NCBI GenBank assembly: GCA_903813345.2
Contig: CAIIXF020000001.1
Coordinates: forward strand, 35,526,001-35,590,000
Reading direction: 5' to 3'
DNA length: 64,000 nucleotides
From: Owenia fusiformis
Lineage: Eukaryota
Position numbers and translations under genes: made by a program. The notes beneath the pieces were generated by a model. That model had not been told where the DNA came from and did not search any database. It worked only from the letters and a program-made list of their open reading frames with translations. Positions 61,648 through 64,000 of this stretch are shown one piece after another. How positions within the stretch are numbered: position 1 is the first letter of the stretch; each line of letters starts with the position of its first letter.

Positions 61648-63110
61648 AAATTAGTTCCGTGGGTACTCGGCTCACATGGTGACAGAAAAAAACGGATATA
61701 ATTTTTTGCTGATTTTTTGTTACAAAATTATTTCAAGCCATCTGTCTCTCAGTCAATTAAAATGGCTGAAATTAAAAAAAAAATTTGTAACAAAATTATT
61801 TCATATATCTACCCTTTACATTGACATGGATTTTTACAATGTAGGACACCTGAAATTATTTGTAAAGCTAGGAAATGGGTCAAAAGTGAATTTCGCGAGA
61901 CAAAAGTGACGGCCATTTTGAAAATAGCCGAGCTTTTGAACCAAGAGTCATAGGAGAGTTTTTTGTATTGATGTTGAACAAAAATAACTTAAAATGGGAA
62001 TCCTATCGACAGAGGGTTTAAGGTAAATGGTCCAAAAGTGAATTTTGCGAGACAGATGGACAAATCAATGTTAACTAAAATGGCTGAAAATAAATAAATG
62101 GATATAAGTTTTCGCTGATTTTTCGTAACAAAATTATTTCATACATCTACTTTTTACTTTGCTATGGATTTCTACAATGTAGGACACTTGAAATTATTTG
62201 TAAAGCTAGGAAATGGGTCAAAAGTGAATTTTGCGAGACAAAAATGGCGGCCATTTTGAAAATAGGCGAGCTTTTGAACCAGGAGTCATAGGGGAGTTTT
62301 CTGAATTTATGTTGAACAGAAATAACTGAAAACATGAATCCTATCGACAGAGGTTTTAAAACGTGCCACTGTTATTGACAGAAAGTGGATTTCGCGAGTC
62401 AGATAGACAAATCAATGTTAACTAAAATGGCTGAAAATAAAAAAATGGATACAATTTTTCGCTGATTTTTTGTAACAAAATTATTTCATATATCTAATCT
62501 TTACATTGACATGGATTTTTACAATGTAGGACACCTGAAATTATTTGTAAAGCTAGGAAATGGGCCAAAATTGAATTTCGCGAGACAAAAGTGACGGCCA
62601 TTTTGAAAATAGCCGAGCTTTTGAACCAGGAGTCATAGGGGGGTTTTCTGTATTGATGTTGAACAGAAATAACTTAAAACAGGAATCCTATCGACAGAGG
62701 TTAGCTAGGAAATGGGCTAAAAGTGAATTTCGCGAGACAAAAGTGACGGCCATTTTGAAAATAGGCGAGCTTTTGAACCAGGAGTCATAGGGGGGTTTTC
62801 TGTATTGATGCTGAACAGAAATAACTTAAAACAGGAATCCTATCGACTGAGGTTAGCTAGGAAATGGGCTAAAAGTGAATTTCGCGAGACAAAAGTGACG
62901 GCCATTTTGAAAATAGGCGAGCTTTTGAACCAGGAGTCATAGGGGGGTTGTATTGATGTTGAACAGAAATAACTTAAAACAGGAATCCTATCGACAGAGG
63001 TTTTAAAACGTGCCACTATTGTTGACGGACAGACAGACGGACGGACAGACGGACGGACAGACAGACGGACAAGTGAGTGATTGCAAAAGCTCACCATGTG
63101 AGCTAATAAA
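61648..63110 (+). mobile_element. Helentron/HINE (DINE-1)-like element with tandem internal units and terminal (GACR)n microsatellite
   Basis: Five recurrences of GAGCTTTTGAACCARGAGTCATAGG. GACG/GACA tract at ~63024-63070. GCTCACATGG near the 5' end is inverted as CCATGTGAGC in a 3' hairpin. Confidence 0.6.
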
Positions 63111-64000
63111 ATGTCCATGACTGACATGATGATGCTAAATAATCGAACCAAAATTATGTATAGGCTTGTAGGTGTCACGGACATTTTTACTTAAAGTGTG
63201 CGCCAAAGTTTAAAACTGCGCAGGCGCACCGCTCTCGCTAAACTATATAAAGAGATTACCAGGTACACGATTCAGAGGTAAGCCAGGAAGGCGAACAATC
63301 TTCGTCTCGTGATGATTTCCCGTATAATCGTAACCAGGGAAGTTTCACCATTGAAATTGAAAATTACTATTACATATACTTTGAAGATGTTATTTATGAA
63401 GCTATTTAGTGTATGTATCAATCAAATGTCTCATTTTGGACATATAAAAAGTATTTGTCTTTTGTTTCACGGGGAATCGTATTCCCATATAGTACACACA
63501 TAAATAGTGTACATACATATTGAATAGCCTGGTATAGTAACACCGTGTTTATATAATATTGAAGGGCATGCTGATTGTACACACGAGTACATGCATGCTA
63601 GAAGGCCTAATTTTATATAGCTTGCATACCTAAATAAAAAATAAACCCTTCTAATCCCCTTATGTAAATACGGCGGTATACGTAGCCCGATTTATCGGAA
63701 TCTTTAACGCTAATGGATATTTTGATCCCAGTGTTAGCAGTTAGTGAATAGGAGAGTAGGTGATGAGACTGTGTTATCTCCAAAACTAGTGCACGATAGT
63801 TTTTTATTTTATTTTTTTGCACCCAAGAAGTTATTTTAAAATAAATAAAAGTCATAGGTCACCGACTTCGTTTTTTGTAATTGCTCTTCAAAAAATACAA
63901 TTAAAAAAAATTTACGTTCTGTCTAATATTTTGTTAATTGTAAGAAACATTAGAAAGGCTATTACTGTGTATGATTCATTAAATCCATCAAAATGATGTA

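Overview
AT-rich, intron-rich animal genomic DNA, probably an invertebrate; the species cannot be determined from sequence alone. All host genes are on the + strand. (1) The last two coding exons of a DGCR6/gonadal homolog (7758-8568); the intron upstream of them holds a decayed, intron-containing piggyBac element. (2) A complete long-chain acyl-CoA dehydrogenase (ACADL-like) gene at 10101-37798, reconstructed as 8 shared exons plus two tandem, intact, phase-compatible copies of the last coding exon. These copies differ at active-site positions (IYTGT vs IYAGS). (3) Two GT31 beta-1,3-glycosyltransferase paralogs with uninterrupted ORFs (about 40775-42112 and 57973-59265). Both carry an unexpected conserved C-terminal hydrophobic segment, and the first lacks the predicted catalytic Asp and metal-binding His. 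(4) Between them, a 4-exon gene for a secreted 392-aa protein: signal peptide, Cys-rich module, PAN/apple domain, (GAQLPGTP)n repeat, second PAN/apple domain. Introns and intergenic DNA are dense with nested DNA transposons and MITEs (Tc1/mariner, hAT, PIF/Harbinger, Kolobok-like, Helentron-like). These include CACTG-terminated elements with 5-bp TSDs (Transib-like), one family of which has RSS-like ends. All calls come from manual reading and recalled motifs; no searches were run.
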